A DNA stretch of 64,000 bases from a virus (Duplodnaviria; Caudoviricetes): positions 1 through 64,000 of the IMG/VR virus record IMGVR_UViG_3300031555_010877; one strand, 5' to 3'. Positions within the stretch are counted from its first letter, which is position 1. Each line of letters opens with the position of its first letter. Of the stretch, positions 40,580 to 52,859 are shown one piece after another. A model generated the notes under the pieces. The model was not told the origin of the DNA and made no database searches. It worked only from the letters and a program-made list of their open reading frames with translations. Position numbers and translations under genes: made by a program.

Positions 40580-42142
40580 TTAAAAAATGTTGCCATATGG
40601 ATTTTCTGCAGCTTTAGGAGCAGAAATTACTGGCAACACAATTGATTTATTCTTTTCTTTTTTTGTAAATTTTGTATGCTGTTTGCCTCTAAGAGCAAAA
40701 CATTTTTCTTCAAGAGTTTCGGCAGGCATGTTAAATGTGCCATTTTTAAATTCTTCTACAAGCAGCTGGAATTCAGATACTTCTTTCAGGTCTTCAAAGT
40801 TTTCAAAAACTTCATTGATAGCAGTGTTATATTGCTGCTGTTCAATGTTTTCTTTGAATTCTGTAAGAGCCTGAACTTCTGCATTATCTGTAGAATGATT
40901 TTCTTTGTATTCATCAAATTCTTTAGTCATTGCTTCAAGTGTCGCATTGATAGTGTCAAGTTTAACAACTTCTTCACTAGTAAGATATTTCACAAATACT
41001 TTTTCTTTTGTGCCGTCCAATGTTGCTGTACCTTCAGATTCAATAAATGTATAAGCCCATCTGAAATTCTGAGATGACCATTCACCGTTATAAATTTCTT
41101 CAGATACATAAGCAAAATTATCATCGAAGTCAAGCAAGTAATATGAAATACGCTCAACAACGCAGCCATCATCATCACGTTTTACATAATTAGGCAATGC
41201 GCCTTGGATAGCTCTGCGCTTTGTTTCATATGTGGATGTGAATTCTTTTGTTGGTTCAACTACCACACCTTCAACTGCTACGCCATCATCTGTTTCTTCT
41301 ACAACAGTGCCTTCAACTGCACCTGCTTCAAAAGATTCTTCAATTACTGTTTCTACTTCAGCAGTTTCTGTTGTTACAGCGTCCACATGAGCAACGTCTG
41401 TAAATTCAGTAGTAACTGTAGCTACTGTTTCAATTCCGTCAGCTGCTCTGTCAAGTTCATTCACAACAGCGTCGTTTATAACTTTTGTGTCCAATTTCTC
41501 TAATCCTCCTTCTAAACTAAACTGTTTGAGGTCTTCAAGCATAAGAGAGAATTGCTTTGTATAATCACTAACTGCTTTATCTGTACCAATTTGCATACAA
41601 GCATCTTCAAAGCAAGGCTCAACTCCAATTGCACACAGGGCAGCAAATTCAAACTCATTAATCGTGCAGCTACCATCTTTTTCTACAGTATAGCTGTCAC
41701 CATCATAGAGATTGATTTCCATACTTTGCCCAACCTCTCCCTGTGATAAAATGTAGGAAGTAGCAGGAGCACGGTTCCATAACAGAACTTCTGTCATCAA
41801 ATATTCTGTACCATTAACATCCTCCCACCATTGTTTTGCACTCTCAGGCACTATGCCAAAAGGTGTCGTTGCATTTATAATCTGCATCTTACCCTCGGAA
41901 TCGGTGACAATCTTGAGGTCGTGTCCACCAAGAGTATTTGTCTCGATGCTATAATTCGCAACCAACGGTACATTTTTCAAAGAGGGGAGAGCTTTATTAA
42001 AAGTTTCCTTACTGATATTACTATTGTTTCTGTTGTGACCAGCATAGGCTATTGCACACTGACCATACTTAAATGTTTTGTTGACAGGTTTAACTTGAGA
42101 AAAATTCATCTGAAAATTGAGTCCCAATCTTCGTTTGTCCAT
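40580..42142 (-). CDS. Prohead protease/scaffold fusion
   Basis: N-terminal GHNRN.S, QSMEI and EPCFE motifs; acidic coiled C-terminus. Confidence 0.75.
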   Translation of the reverse strand: MDKRRLGLNFQMNFSQVKPVNKTFKYGQCAIAYAGHNRNNSNISKETFNKALPSLKNVPLVANYSIETNTLGGHDLKIVTDSEGKMQIINATTPFGIVPESAKQWWEDVNGTEYLMTEVLLWNRAPATSYILSQGEVGQSMEINLYDGDSYTVEKDGSCTINEFEFAALCAIGVEPCFEDACMQIGTDKAVSDYTKQFSLMLEDLKQFSLEGGLEKLDTKVINDAVVNELDRAADGIETVATVTTEFTDVAHVDAVTTETAEVETVIEESFEAGAVEGTVVEETDDGVAVEGVVVEPTKEFTSTYETKRRAIQGALPNYVKRDDDGCVVERISYYLLDFDDNFAYVSEEIYNGEWSSQNFRWAYTFIESEGTATLDGTKEKVFVKYLTSEEVVKLDTINATLEAMTKEFDEYKENHSTDNAEVQALTEFKENIEQQQYNTAINEVFENFEDLKEVSEFQLLVEEFKNGTFNMPAETLEEKCFALRGKQHTKFTKKEKNKSIVLPVISAPKAAENPYGNIF

Positions 42143-42173
42143 TTTTTGTTGTCACCACCTTCCATTTTGAGAA

Positions 42174-42371
42174 TTAAAAGTCAATCCGTACTGAATCTGA
42201 TAAAATGCACTTATCTTTTAATACAGGATTGTTTATATCAAAAGAAAACTGTGATGCTTTTTTAAGGCACCACAGTGGTTTCTTTTCAATATCATAGGTG
42301 AGAGACACTAAAGTACAACCTGCTGACAAAAGCATATCTTTTGCTTTTTCATCAATTGTATATATAAACAT
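42174..42371 (-). CDS. Small hypothetical protein
   Basis: ORF with RBS between portal and protease. Confidence 0.55.
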   Translation of the reverse strand: MFIYTIDEKAKDMLLSAGCTLVSLTYDIEKKPLWCLKKASQFSFDINNPVLKDKCILSDSVRIDF

Positions 42372-42389
42372 TATGCCCTCTTTTCTTTA

Positions 42390-43946
42390 TTATTGTTTTT
42401 CCTGAGTTTTTTCGCCCTCATCGGTGATTTCTCCGACTTCACCTACGGGACGACCAGCTTCACCTTCAGAATCTGTAGGAGAAGTGCTCATTGTGTTTGA
42501 ACTCTGCAAAGGTTTAAATCTGCCTACAAGCCCTAATACTTCATTTTCAAGATAGCTCAAACCTTCTGCATCATCTGGGTTTAAACCAACCGTTGCACAG
42601 TAGGCACTGATTGTTGGCATACCATATGTCGCAGCTTTAAGATATTGGTCAGCCATTTCTTTTCTGTTGAATGGGCTGCAGTCAATAAAGTTGATTTTAA
42701 AATCTTTGCCAAAACTTTGACTATGAAGCAAGCGGTTCAAAGCATCTTCGATACTTTTTACGATGCTAAAAGTAATTGCCTGGTCAGCTTTGATGGAAAG
42801 TGCCAGAGCATTTGCGGAAGCTTTATCATTATTAAACAGCAAACTGGAAACACCAGCTTCAGAAAATACAGTGCTTTCTGCCTCTGCAACTTTGTCAACA
42901 TCAGTGGCTCCGCTTTTATTGAAGTCAATCTTCTCAATTGGCATTGGTGTCAACACGCTGCCAATCTGTGATGGCAATACGCCACTAAGATTTGACCAAA
43001 ATTCTTTTGCCTTATTAAAGTCCATATCCCAATGGCCATCTGTCATACCAAGACGCATCACAAGCAAAGCATAGTTTTCAAGCTCTGTCTGGGTCAGTTT
43101 CAAGTCCTGATAATCTGCCAAATCATAAATGGAAGCCAACACTCCAGCCATAGGTGGTAATGGATAGTTTTTAATATCATCATTCACTTTGATAGCAAAA
43201 GAAGTAGGGGAGTCTAAATCCTGATAACGTAATTTTCTATCTCTTTTATATGCATTGTATTTTGTTGTAAATTCTGCAGGATATAGAGGCAAATATTTAG
43301 CATTACGGTCAAAATAAGAAAAGTCGAAGTTTACATTCGAAACATTCCCTTCGATGGACGCAATAGTACAATATTCACTTGGTAACTGTTGAATTGTAAC
43401 GGTATCGTTATATACCCAGCAGGTTGCATAATATACGTCTTCACGTAAGCATACTACAAGAATATCTCTGCCCTGAGTTTTAATATTCATTGAATCAACA
43501 AAGGAAATAGTTTTCAGCCAATTCTTTTTCATCTTATCTGGCTTTGTTTTTGTAGTATCAATATTATTTGTACTAATATAGTATGAGAGGTCGGTAAGGC
43601 CCGCAAAATACTGGATAATTCTCCAAAAACGAGAATATGCTCCATAAGCATAAATTACTGAATCTCTGATACTTACTTCATTCTGAAATGGGTCTTTCAG
43701 ATATTCTTTAATCTGTGCCTTTGTGTATTTATTAAAGGTTGGAGAGTTAGGATTGTTGTTCATATCTCTCAAGATTACACGGTTAAGTGTTTTTGCATAA
43801 TCTTGGCGTCGAGCAGTCCCACCTTTTACCTGTGAAAAATCTCTCTTATTAAAATTAAAATTCAAGCTTTCTTGTGCAGAAGCACTCAAATTTTTGCTTG
43901 AATTTTCTTCATCCATATTTATTTTTTTAGTTGCCAAAGGTATCAT
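42390..43946 (-). CDS. Portal protein
   Basis: 518 aa directly after terL; C-terminal PLQSSNT...GRP tail. Confidence 0.8.
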   Translation of the reverse strand: MIPLATKKINMDEENSSKNLSASAQESLNFNFNKRDFSQVKGGTARRQDYAKTLNRVILRDMNNNPNSPTFNKYTKAQIKEYLKDPFQNEVSIRDSVIYAYGAYSRFWRIIQYFAGLTDLSYYISTNNIDTTKTKPDKMKKNWLKTISFVDSMNIKTQGRDILVVCLREDVYYATCWVYNDTVTIQQLPSEYCTIASIEGNVSNVNFDFSYFDRNAKYLPLYPAEFTTKYNAYKRDRKLRYQDLDSPTSFAIKVNDDIKNYPLPPMAGVLASIYDLADYQDLKLTQTELENYALLVMRLGMTDGHWDMDFNKAKEFWSNLSGVLPSQIGSVLTPMPIEKIDFNKSGATDVDKVAEAESTVFSEAGVSSLLFNNDKASANALALSIKADQAITFSIVKSIEDALNRLLHSQSFGKDFKINFIDCSPFNRKEMADQYLKAATYGMPTISAYCATVGLNPDDAEGLSYLENEVLGLVGRFKPLQSSNTMSTSPTDSEGEAGRPVGEVGEITDEGEKTQEKQ

Positions 43947-46900
43947 CTCCTTCCTCTAACATTTGGTGCCCTAAACAATAAGGTATTAAAATCAAAATTA
44001 TCCGTTTCATCTTCTTCGTTAAGCTGCAATTCAAGCTGGGTAATAAGCCAGTAATTGTACGCCAGACTAGAATATCTGTCTTTACGGAATCCTGCTTTTT
44101 CATAAACTCTTATCATATTGCTCTTAGGCTCATATTTTAGGTTGATAAGCTCATTTATCAACAAAGTTGTATTCATATATGGCATCTTCAACATAAGCTG
44201 TGATGACATATCTAAGTTTTTATAACCCTTAATATCTTCTAAAATGTTTTCCTCCGCATCATCATCATTGATTAAAAGACGAATTTTACCTTGTTTAAAA
44301 CTTTCACGGAGTAACAATGCACACTCGGAGTTAAACTTATCAGTTGCTTTCACACTATAAATAACCTTTGGCGCATTTTTCACTTTGCAACGCGCAGCCA
44401 TTTCATCATTATTTATACAGGAAATAGCAGGGTAGAGAATACTCATTTCAGGGTCATAGATATCACGAATTAACTGGTCATAAACACCAAGACCATTCAA
44501 TTTTGTTATCCTGTAAGTTTTTTATCTTACAGTTCTGATGATTGTTCTTCTCATCAGTTCAGCATATTTTTTTATCTATATAAGATAGGGCGGCCTCGTG
44601 GAAATATTATTTCAATTTCTATGCGTTGCCCCTGACTACGTAGTAGCCTTCGGTTCAGGTTAGCATTTCAGCCTTCCTGCTTAATTCCGCCCAGTTCACC
44701 CAAATGTCACCATCTGGGGCGGCAATTTAATTTACCGGCTGTGTCTTGAATCAACCAGTCACAGTCAAATTCGTGAAAATATCGACGTGCAACCAACGCC
44801 AATTCATCCGTTGTAACATCTTCAACGTTTTCTGTATAAATTACATTTGTAATGTAACGTTTTGATGTATTTGGAATCAGTTGTGTTATAAAAATCGAAG
44901 ATGCGTCATTGTCACGCTTTTTTGAACTCATCAAAGCAACGTCAAGACTTAAAATACGTACCTCTCCAGGTTGCTTAGGAGGTATCTTCAATTTCTTATC
45001 TGAAAGTAAATTGGCAATTTTAGAGGGATAATAGGCCCTTTCCAATTTACGTAATTTAGAAATATTATTATATTCAAACAAAGCACCATCAGCGGAACCT
45101 TGCCATAAACATTCCATTTCCATAGAATGCGTCAGTTCATTAAAGTCACTTTCAGACATTTCATCCGCTAACTGGTCAGCGTCTAACAATCCAGACATAA
45201 TAGAAAGTTGATATGGCAATCCACAAAGAAAATATCTTTTTGTTGTGTCCAAAAAGTTGTTAGCATAGGATAGCATTTTTGCATATGACCAATGTGCAAC
45301 AAACCAAGCAGAACTAAGATAAAATTCTTTGTTACGCTCAATATATTTCTTTTTGTTTTCTTTATATTTTGGTTTATCCATAAATTTTGGCTGTCTTGGT
45401 GTTGACAGGAATTTTTTCAAAACCATATTGATAATACTGAGGTCGAGCATACGAAATTCATCATATCGTGTGTTATCCTGTAGGTTTTTTATCCTACAGT
45501 TCTTATGGTTTCCCATAAGTCCAGCATATATTTTCACCCTCGTTTAACGTTAGGTTTGCAAGATACTACTTCTTGCTCATACTGTCCTATAGACAATAGT
45601 GCCGAACACTCGTGGTGGAATTATTCTTTCGTCATCCACTATGCGTTACAATGACAATGCCTCATTACTTGCATTGTTTATCTCGGTATCAGCATATAAT
45701 TCTTTATCTAATATTTTTTCAAAATTTTGTGCCTCAAAATAAGGCAAACGAATTAATTTAATATTATGTTCTTGACAATACCTAGTCTTAATATCATCGC
45801 GGCGTGTAATACTTTCAAGACTAGAATGTGGATTAGCATGTTCAAATTTATTGGCCATATAATGAAATTGGCCGTCAACTTCAATGCAGATGTTTTTATC
45901 CTCAATATAATAATCAAACGGTAATACTCTAATATGCATACAATCATCAAAACGTTTTTCTTTAACATATTTGATGTTATTTTTTGCAAAATATGTTTCA
46001 ACAATATTCATATAACTTGATTGTCGAAGACTACATCTGGGACATCCTTTGCCTCTTAATAAATTATCAGGAGAAATATCATATACATGTCCACAAGCAA
46101 GACGTCTTACAGTCAAAGGCTGTCTTGCCTTAACATATTCGCCCAAGATTTCATATGTATTGGGATATTTTATGTCTACTTCATGTTGTAATGTTTGTTT
46201 TGTTTTGAAGTGATTTTTCCCAGAACAAATATAACATCCTTCTTTAGTTTTTCCTGTCATTTTTGCAGGACTTTTAAAAATTATATGACCACAATGCTTA
46301 CATAACAATTTAACTTTTGTCTCGTTATTAACATATTCAGACAATACATCAAATTGATTATTAAATAATTCATTCAACAAATTTTGAAAGTCGGAGGTAG
46401 TACGTTTTTTACTCATAAAATACCTCCGATATTAAATTTTTTCTATTACTTAGCTTTCACCGATTTTGCTCGGTTTCAACTGTATATTTCTATACAGCCA
46501 GACAATTTTATTTATCAGTATGTTAGCTCTCATAAATCGAGAGTTATCGTTTGCTGTCGCAACTTTCATAATTGAACCGTTGCGAAACTCAATATAAGCG
46601 TCGGATTGATTAACGACAACTGTTTTAATTTCATTTCTTAAATTTGCCGATTTCGGCATCAAAAGTTCAGTTACCTTTTCAAGAACACCTATGGCCTGTT
46701 TTCGTGTTTTGGAGGTAACAACAATAATAGTACCCGGATATAAAATACACCGTATAACACAGAATACTGCAATCAAAAAAGACTTGCCAAGGCCGCGAGC
46801 AGCAATGAACATGAAGTTTGTACTTATATTCATCATCACAATAAGTATTTTTTGAAACAGATGTAAATTTATATCCAGATACTCTTTTGCACAGCGATGA

Positions 46901-47001
46901 GGATTTGCACGATAATATGCTGTCATTCGCGCAACAGCATTCATTATCTTTGCTGATTTCTCTTGAGCAACTTCAATATCTGTTTTCACATTATCAGACA
47001 T
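43943..47001 (-). CDS. terL: Terminase large subunit, spliced from three exons (47001-46514, 45466-44734, 44497-43943; ~591 aa)
   Basis: Walker A ARGLGKS. Splicing restores Walker B RANILI|YDEFR and the nuclease motif QDTAG|NGLG. LDVA and KDRYSS nuclease motifs are present. Exon lengths sum in frame. Confidence 0.9.
44498..44733 (-). mobile_element. ORF-less group I intron (236 nt), terL intron 2
   Basis: P1 CGGT/GCCG with U.G; P7 GCAACGCATAG / ATATGCTG; terminal G before AAT GGT. Confidence 0.85.
45467..46513 (-). mobile_element. Group I intron (1,047 nt), terL intron 1
   Basis: 5' site after U (CTGAT|A); P7 GTAACGCATAG / ATATGCTG; ends ...ATAACACACG. Restores I-Y-D-E. Confidence 0.85.
45646..46416 (-). 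CDS. Intron-encoded endonuclease: zinc-ribbon repeats + Vsr/EDxHD-like PD-(D/E)xK domain
   Basis: CKHCGH/CYIC/CGH/CPRC repeats; PFDYY...IEVDGQFHY...D.IK..YC..HNIKLIRLPY. Confidence 0.8.
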   Translation of the reverse strand: MSKKRTTSDFQNLLNELFNNQFDVLSEYVNNETKVKLLCKHCGHIIFKSPAKMTGKTKEGCYICSGKNHFKTKQTLQHEVDIKYPNTYEILGEYVKARQPLTVRRLACGHVYDISPDNLLRGKGCPRCSLRQSSYMNIVETYFAKNNIKYVKEKRFDDCMHIRVLPFDYYIEDKNICIEVDGQFHYMANKFEHANPHSSLESITRRDDIKTRYCQEHNIKLIRLPYFEAQNFEKILDKELYADTEINNASNEALSL

Positions 47002-48025
47002 TGGAATCACCATCCTCGTCAGACATAGCAGCTTTTAATATATTAGCAATTTCAGCGTTTTCCTCGTCTTCACCATCTGCAAAAGTATTACGACGCTCAA
47101 CAGAATACTTAGCCTTTTCACGTTCATATTCTTCAGCAGCATCATTTTTAATACCAAGCATTTTACATAAATGGCCTTGGAACCATACTGTGATAAAGCG
47201 TTTAATTCCGTCTACATCTTCAAAATCTGGGTCGGGCTCTGGTATTGGGTCTTCATTTTCCCATTTTTCAATGAGAGTGCCCAAGGTATTGGCTTCAACC
47301 ATAGCATTATTACGTGCCTGTTTAGGCTGTAAGTTTGCAGTACCCAAAGTATCCTGAAAACTTTTTGTTGCACTATCCAAACCTTTCTGGTCATTGGCTG
47401 CGGCTGCTTTACGTATTCTTAATTTTAAAATACTCAATATCTGGAACAGTTCTTCCTGTGCCTTTGTAGAACACTCATAACGGGTAACCCAATCCTTATA
47501 TTCCTTTTGTAAAAACTGATATTCAGACTGAGTATAACCAGGCCCAAACACATCTACCGTTTTTTCAGCTAATACTTTTTTATCTTCATTTACTTTATCA
47601 AGGTCAGCCTTGGTATGTATAAGTAAATCTTCAGCCCTCAAACTGTCATCGAATGTTTTGCCTTTATTCTGTACACGATTAACAGCTGTCATATAACTGC
47701 TAAACAATGAACCCGTCGCTACACTTGTTTTATTGGCAGAGTCAATCAATGTGTCGTCATAATACAGGTCAAGCCTCATGCACATTCTGCGCATTGCTTT
47801 TAACTCATTGCCATATTCCAAATAATAGTCTTTAAACATTTCCTTGCAACAAGTTTTGCACAGTGTCATATAATGGTCATTACCGTCATATGTGCGACTG
47901 TTAGAGAAATAAAAATATTTCTGAGGGTCACCTGATGTCTCCAATCCACAACGACTACATTTATAGTTTTTTGGAACTGGAGCAGGAGGGAGAACAGGTT
48001 TTGTAATTTTCTTTTTTGTAGCCAT
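46994..48025 (-). CDS. Zinc-finger protein upstream of terL (possible small terminase)
   Basis: CSRC...CKTC; overlaps the terL start. Confidence 0.55.
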   Translation of the reverse strand: MATKKKITKPVLPPAPVPKNYKCSRCGLETSGDPQKYFYFSNSRTYDGNDHYMTLCKTCCKEMFKDYYLEYGNELKAMRRMCMRLDLYYDDTLIDSANKTSVATGSLFSSYMTAVNRVQNKGKTFDDSLRAEDLLIHTKADLDKVNEDKKVLAEKTVDVFGPGYTQSEYQFLQKEYKDWVTRYECSTKAQEELFQILSILKLRIRKAAAANDQKGLDSATKSFQDTLGTANLQPKQARNNAMVEANTLGTLIEKWENEDPIPEPDPDFEDVDGIKRFITVWFQGHLCKMLGIKNDAAEEYEREKAKYSVERRNTFADGEDEENAEIANILKAAMSDEDGDSNV

Positions 48026-48039
48026 GCTCCACCTCCTCT

Positions 48040-49209
48040 TTATCTAAATCTGATATCGTATGTACAAACCAAACCGTTTTTGTCGCAGATTGCAACTGTC
48101 TGTTCCGGCTTATTCATTAAACGATTGTCAACTGCAAAATTATCCACACCAGACAAACAACCGGACTCAATCACTTTGGTGTCATACACAGTTGTCAAGG
48201 CATTTGTATGTCTATGACCTGCAAACACATAGGCAGGCTGTTTTCCAGTTACAAGTGTAAGTTTCTGAACAACAGTTTGTGGATTGTCTTTATCGCCGTG
48301 TACTGCATATGCCAATTTATCTTTCACATAGAATTTGCCAATACTTTCGTCAATCTCATTTTTAACAAATTCTACATGTGAGCAATTCTGTAATTTTGCT
48401 TTACAATAAAAGGGAATAAGTTCATCAAAATTTTCACCTTTTACGTGAGCATCTTTATTGGCTGTTGCACGACTGTGATTGCCTGCAACATTAATAACTT
48501 TTACTTTGCCAAAACATTTTGCAATTTCTGCGATAAACTCTGAAATAGTTTCTGATACCGAAATAATCTGTTCAACTACATTTTCACGATTCTCAACTCT
48601 GAGATTAAAATGTATGTTGCCACTGACTAGGTCACCACCACAAACTACATAGCAAGTTTCACACTTGTGTCGTTCAGCAATCTGTTTCACTTTTGCAGCA
48701 TATTCGCGCAGTCTCTCGCGCATAACACGAGCATTATATTCATTCCAGTAATTATTAATCCAAATACCAGCATGAATATCTGTCAGGTGCACAACCATGT
48801 CACAACCATTTTCGGTTAATGTTACTTCTGGCACCTCAATTTTTTCATAAGCTTCAAGTTTATATTTGAAAATATCTTTAAGACTTTCTTTACGTGCCGC
48901 GCTTGCAACAGCACGCTTATAAGCTGCGCGCTCGTCACGAATTTTGACCATATCTTTTTCAAGAAGCTGACGCTGTTCTTTAATTTCAGCCAACAGTTTC
49001 TGGTCATCAGTAAGCTTGTCCATATGGACGTCATATACTCTTTTAAAAGACTGATACATTTTGCGATATGCGCTTGAAGTTCGGTTATAGCCAAGAGTTT
49101 CATTGATTATAACTTTGACATCTTCCCAAGAACCAATACTATCTTTGGCATCACATACTCTGAAAATGTACGCAATCTCGTTTTCATTTTCATATCTTTT
49201 AAAATTCAT
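48040..49209 (-). CDS. Metallophosphoesterase (calcineurin-like) with an N-terminal helical domain
   Basis: DIH, GGD, GNH, HGD and GHRH motifs. Start reassigned to ATG 49209 (GGAAG RBS). Confidence 0.75.
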   Translation of the reverse strand: MNFKRYENENEIAYIFRVCDAKDSIGSWEDVKVIINETLGYNRTSSAYRKMYQSFKRVYDVHMDKLTDDQKLLAEIKEQRQLLEKDMVKIRDERAAYKRAVASAARKESLKDIFKYKLEAYEKIEVPEVTLTENGCDMVVHLTDIHAGIWINNYWNEYNARVMRERLREYAAKVKQIAERHKCETCYVVCGGDLVSGNIHFNLRVENRENVVEQIISVSETISEFIAEIAKCFGKVKVINVAGNHSRATANKDAHVKGENFDELIPFYCKAKLQNCSHVEFVKNEIDESIGKFYVKDKLAYAVHGDKDNPQTVVQKLTLVTGKQPAYVFAGHRHTNALTTVYDTKVIESGCLSGVDNFAVDNRLMNKPEQTVAICDKNGLVCTYDIRFR

Positions 49210-49219
49210 TTTCTTCCTT

Positions 49220-50320
49220 TTATTTACTCCATTTAATATCAAAAAAATCTTTTGCAATCTGTGGATATTTGCATTCAAAATCAGTCATATATCTCATTTG
49301 ACTTTTTCGCCCTAAACTTCCACAATATAAACAATATTCGCGAAAAGACATTTTTTTAAAAAAGCTTGGCTGATTACACCAAGCGGCAATTGTGTCATAC
49401 AGCCCTCTGTATGGAGATTGCTTATAATCTGCATATCTCATAACATATGGCAATGAATGATATGTCATTAAAAGCCGAATACGCTTAAAAAGGTCTATAA
49501 TATCTTGGCACCAAAATAATTCATCATAATTTCCTGGACAAGAATGGTTATATCCACAAAAACAATAAAATTTTGGAACTTTATCTGTATAATTACGTAA
49601 TAAGCGTAATTTAGATTCTATAATTGAGGCGTCTGCTAAATTATCAAATGCAAATATATAATCACCTATCCAATTTGAACTAAATAAGACTTTGCACTTT
49701 TCTTCATTCAACAAACGTTCATCAAGTCCTTGCTTAAATTGAAATTTTTTACCTGTCATATTCAATTCATCAAAAATATCTGACCATTTTTTGCATGCCA
49801 AAACATTATCATCTAATAAACAAATATAGGGACGGTAAATATCTAAAAATTCTTTTACATGACTATGTATAAGACATTCTTTATAATTTTGATTGACACA
49901 AAAAGAACATTGTCGAATACACCCGCGGCTCATAAATCCAATTGAATATTTTGTATAATATTGAAACTCTTTAGCTGGTATTCCTAATTGTATTTTCTGA
50001 TTTACCCATTCATCATAAAGATGATAATCTGGGAAAGCATGCTCAATCTCAAAAGCAAGAGGAGGGGCTTTATCATAAAAAAATCCGGTTCCTCCATATA
50101 TCACTTTTGTATTATTTACAATAACATCAGGTACATCCGTATCGGTAAATACTTTCGATAAAAATATTAGTTCAAATCCGTCGATACTTTTCTCATCTAA
50201 AATGAGCTGAACTTCATGGCCATAATGTTTATAATATGAAGAAATTTTCATACATGCCAAATTAGGAAAACGATGTTTTTTGCGCCATAATAAATCAGCA
50301 TCAATAATACCTATCTTCAT
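49220..50320 (-). CDS. Radical SAM protein
   Basis: SRGCIRQCSFC (CxxxCxxC) and an N-terminal FPNLACMKIS motif. Start is ATG 50320. Confidence 0.85.
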   Translation of the reverse strand: MKIGIIDADLLWRKKHRFPNLACMKISSYYKHYGHEVQLILDEKSIDGFELIFLSKVFTDTDVPDVIVNNTKVIYGGTGFFYDKAPPLAFEIEHAFPDYHLYDEWVNQKIQLGIPAKEFQYYTKYSIGFMSRGCIRQCSFCVNQNYKECLIHSHVKEFLDIYRPYICLLDDNVLACKKWSDIFDELNMTGKKFQFKQGLDERLLNEEKCKVLFSSNWIGDYIFAFDNLADASIIESKLRLLRNYTDKVPKFYCFCGYNHSCPGNYDELFWCQDIIDLFKRIRLLMTYHSLPYVMRYADYKQSPYRGLYDTIAAWCNQPSFFKKMSFREYCLYCGSLGRKSQMRYMTDFECKYPQIAKDFFDIKWSK

Positions 50321-50353
50321 TTTCTTCCTTTTATCTAACAAAAATAGCAGAGG

Positions 50354-51491
50354 TTATTCCTCTGCAAACATATACTTCATTAAATGCATAATTACAGGTA
50401 CACACCAGCCGTTGCCAATTTGCTGATATGCTCTGGTATCACTGACTGGGAATTCATACCAGTCGGGAATGCCTTGTAGTTTTTTGCATTCATTGACTGT
50501 TAATTTTCTTATAATATAAAAACCGTCAGATAACTTAATGTCATACTGACGGCCTTTAATATCTATCTTATTATTTTTTACTTCATATACTGGGTATTCT
50601 TTACCATCTGCTGCACTTATTGCAGTTATCGGAATATCACCATCAAACTGGACAGGAATTGCATATAAGCCAGTCTTGCCACCAGCTCCACCAGCGTTAC
50701 CTTTTAATGTAACTGATTTTCCGTTGATGTCATAAATGCGAAGTCCCTGGCTTGTTGATAATTCACCATTGGGGCGCGGTAATGCTCCAACTTGGCGGCA
50801 TCCCACATATTCAGCAACACCGCTTGCGCCATAAGAACTATTCCAGCCACCAAGCATATTAGATGGTGAAGTCTTAGAATATTGAGCTTTTATAGTTAAG
50901 CTTTTCCCATCAGGACGAGCGTTGATTGGCTCACAACAAATATCAAGAATATCTTTAAGTAAAATGCCCATATTTTCAGGCTGTGGTATTACGATTTTCT
51001 TATAAGTACCATCCGCCTGTCTTATGCCACACCAGTATACGCGTTTGCGTGATTGAGCTGTCAATAAAGCAGCATCTACCATGACAGGCTCAAAACCAAA
51101 TTCATCTGAGATAGCTTTTTTAATAGTAGGGGACATACTATCATTGTTTTCATATAAAAAGTATTTTGGTTTGGCTTCTTTCAGACCCCTTGCATACTGC
51201 GAAAACAAATCCCATCCCATTCCATTTGCTTCGGTTTCGCGACCTTTTGTTTTGGCGGACGACCAAAATACACACGGCGAACCACCAGCAAGCAAATCAA
51301 TTCCTTCATACGCTGTAAAATCAGCAGTAAAAACATCGCCACAGTGCTCTATCATAGGAATGTTATGTGTGGAGGATTGTATAGCATACTTATCAATCTC
51401 ATACGCTACATAACGGTCTACTGTTTGCCCCCCCCTCCGTGAGGGCAATATAGGCACAACCCATACCGTCAAACAAACTTAAAACGTTCAA
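50354..51491 (-). pseudogene. C5 DNA cytosine methyltransferase, out of frame at a G8 tract (candidate phase-OFF state)
   Basis: Motif I (TTG-start LNVLSLFDGMG) is in a different frame from GGSPC, YENN, QSRKR and QIGNGW. Removing one G gives a 378-aa ORF. Confidence 0.85.
51428..51435 (-). repeat. G8 homopolymer in the methyltransferase 5' region
   Basis: C8 on the plus strand, exactly at the frame break. Confidence 0.95.
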
Positions 51492-51497
51492 ATCCTT

Positions 51498-52572
<1,075 letters not shown>

Positions 52573-52573
<1 letters not shown>

Positions 52574-52734
52574 TATTTACCTCGTCTGATTTCCATCAAT
52601 TTCTGTACAAAATGTCTTTCTTCTGGGAGGTAATATGTTTTTGCTCGTGCTTTTCTTTTGTTTGTTGTAGTAATTCTCAAAGAAGGAAATGCTTCTCTAA
52701 GTTTCATAGCTTCTTCACGGTTAATTTCAATCAT
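52573..52734 (-). CDS. Small basic hypothetical protein (53 aa), first gene of the late operon
   Basis: MIEINREEAMKLREAFPSL...IRRGK with AAAAGGAG RBS and TAATG coupling to the next gene; not in the ORF track. Confidence 0.65.
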
Positions 52735-52771
52735 TATAATTTCTCCTTTTATTTCCTTTTATTTCACGAAA

Positions 52772-52854
52772 AATGGTATAAAAGTTTGGTATACAATAAT
52801 GGCATAACAAACTGGCTTACATTTATTCGTATTCATATATACCAATAATTTTTT
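52772..52854 (-). promoter_or_regulatory. Conserved ~80-bp element, copy 1 (candidate late promoter)
   Basis: Three TGG(T/C)ATA boxes at 13-bp period plus ...CATATATACCAATAATTTT; aligns with copies 2 and 3. Confidence 0.65.
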
Positions 52855-52859
52855 GGCAA

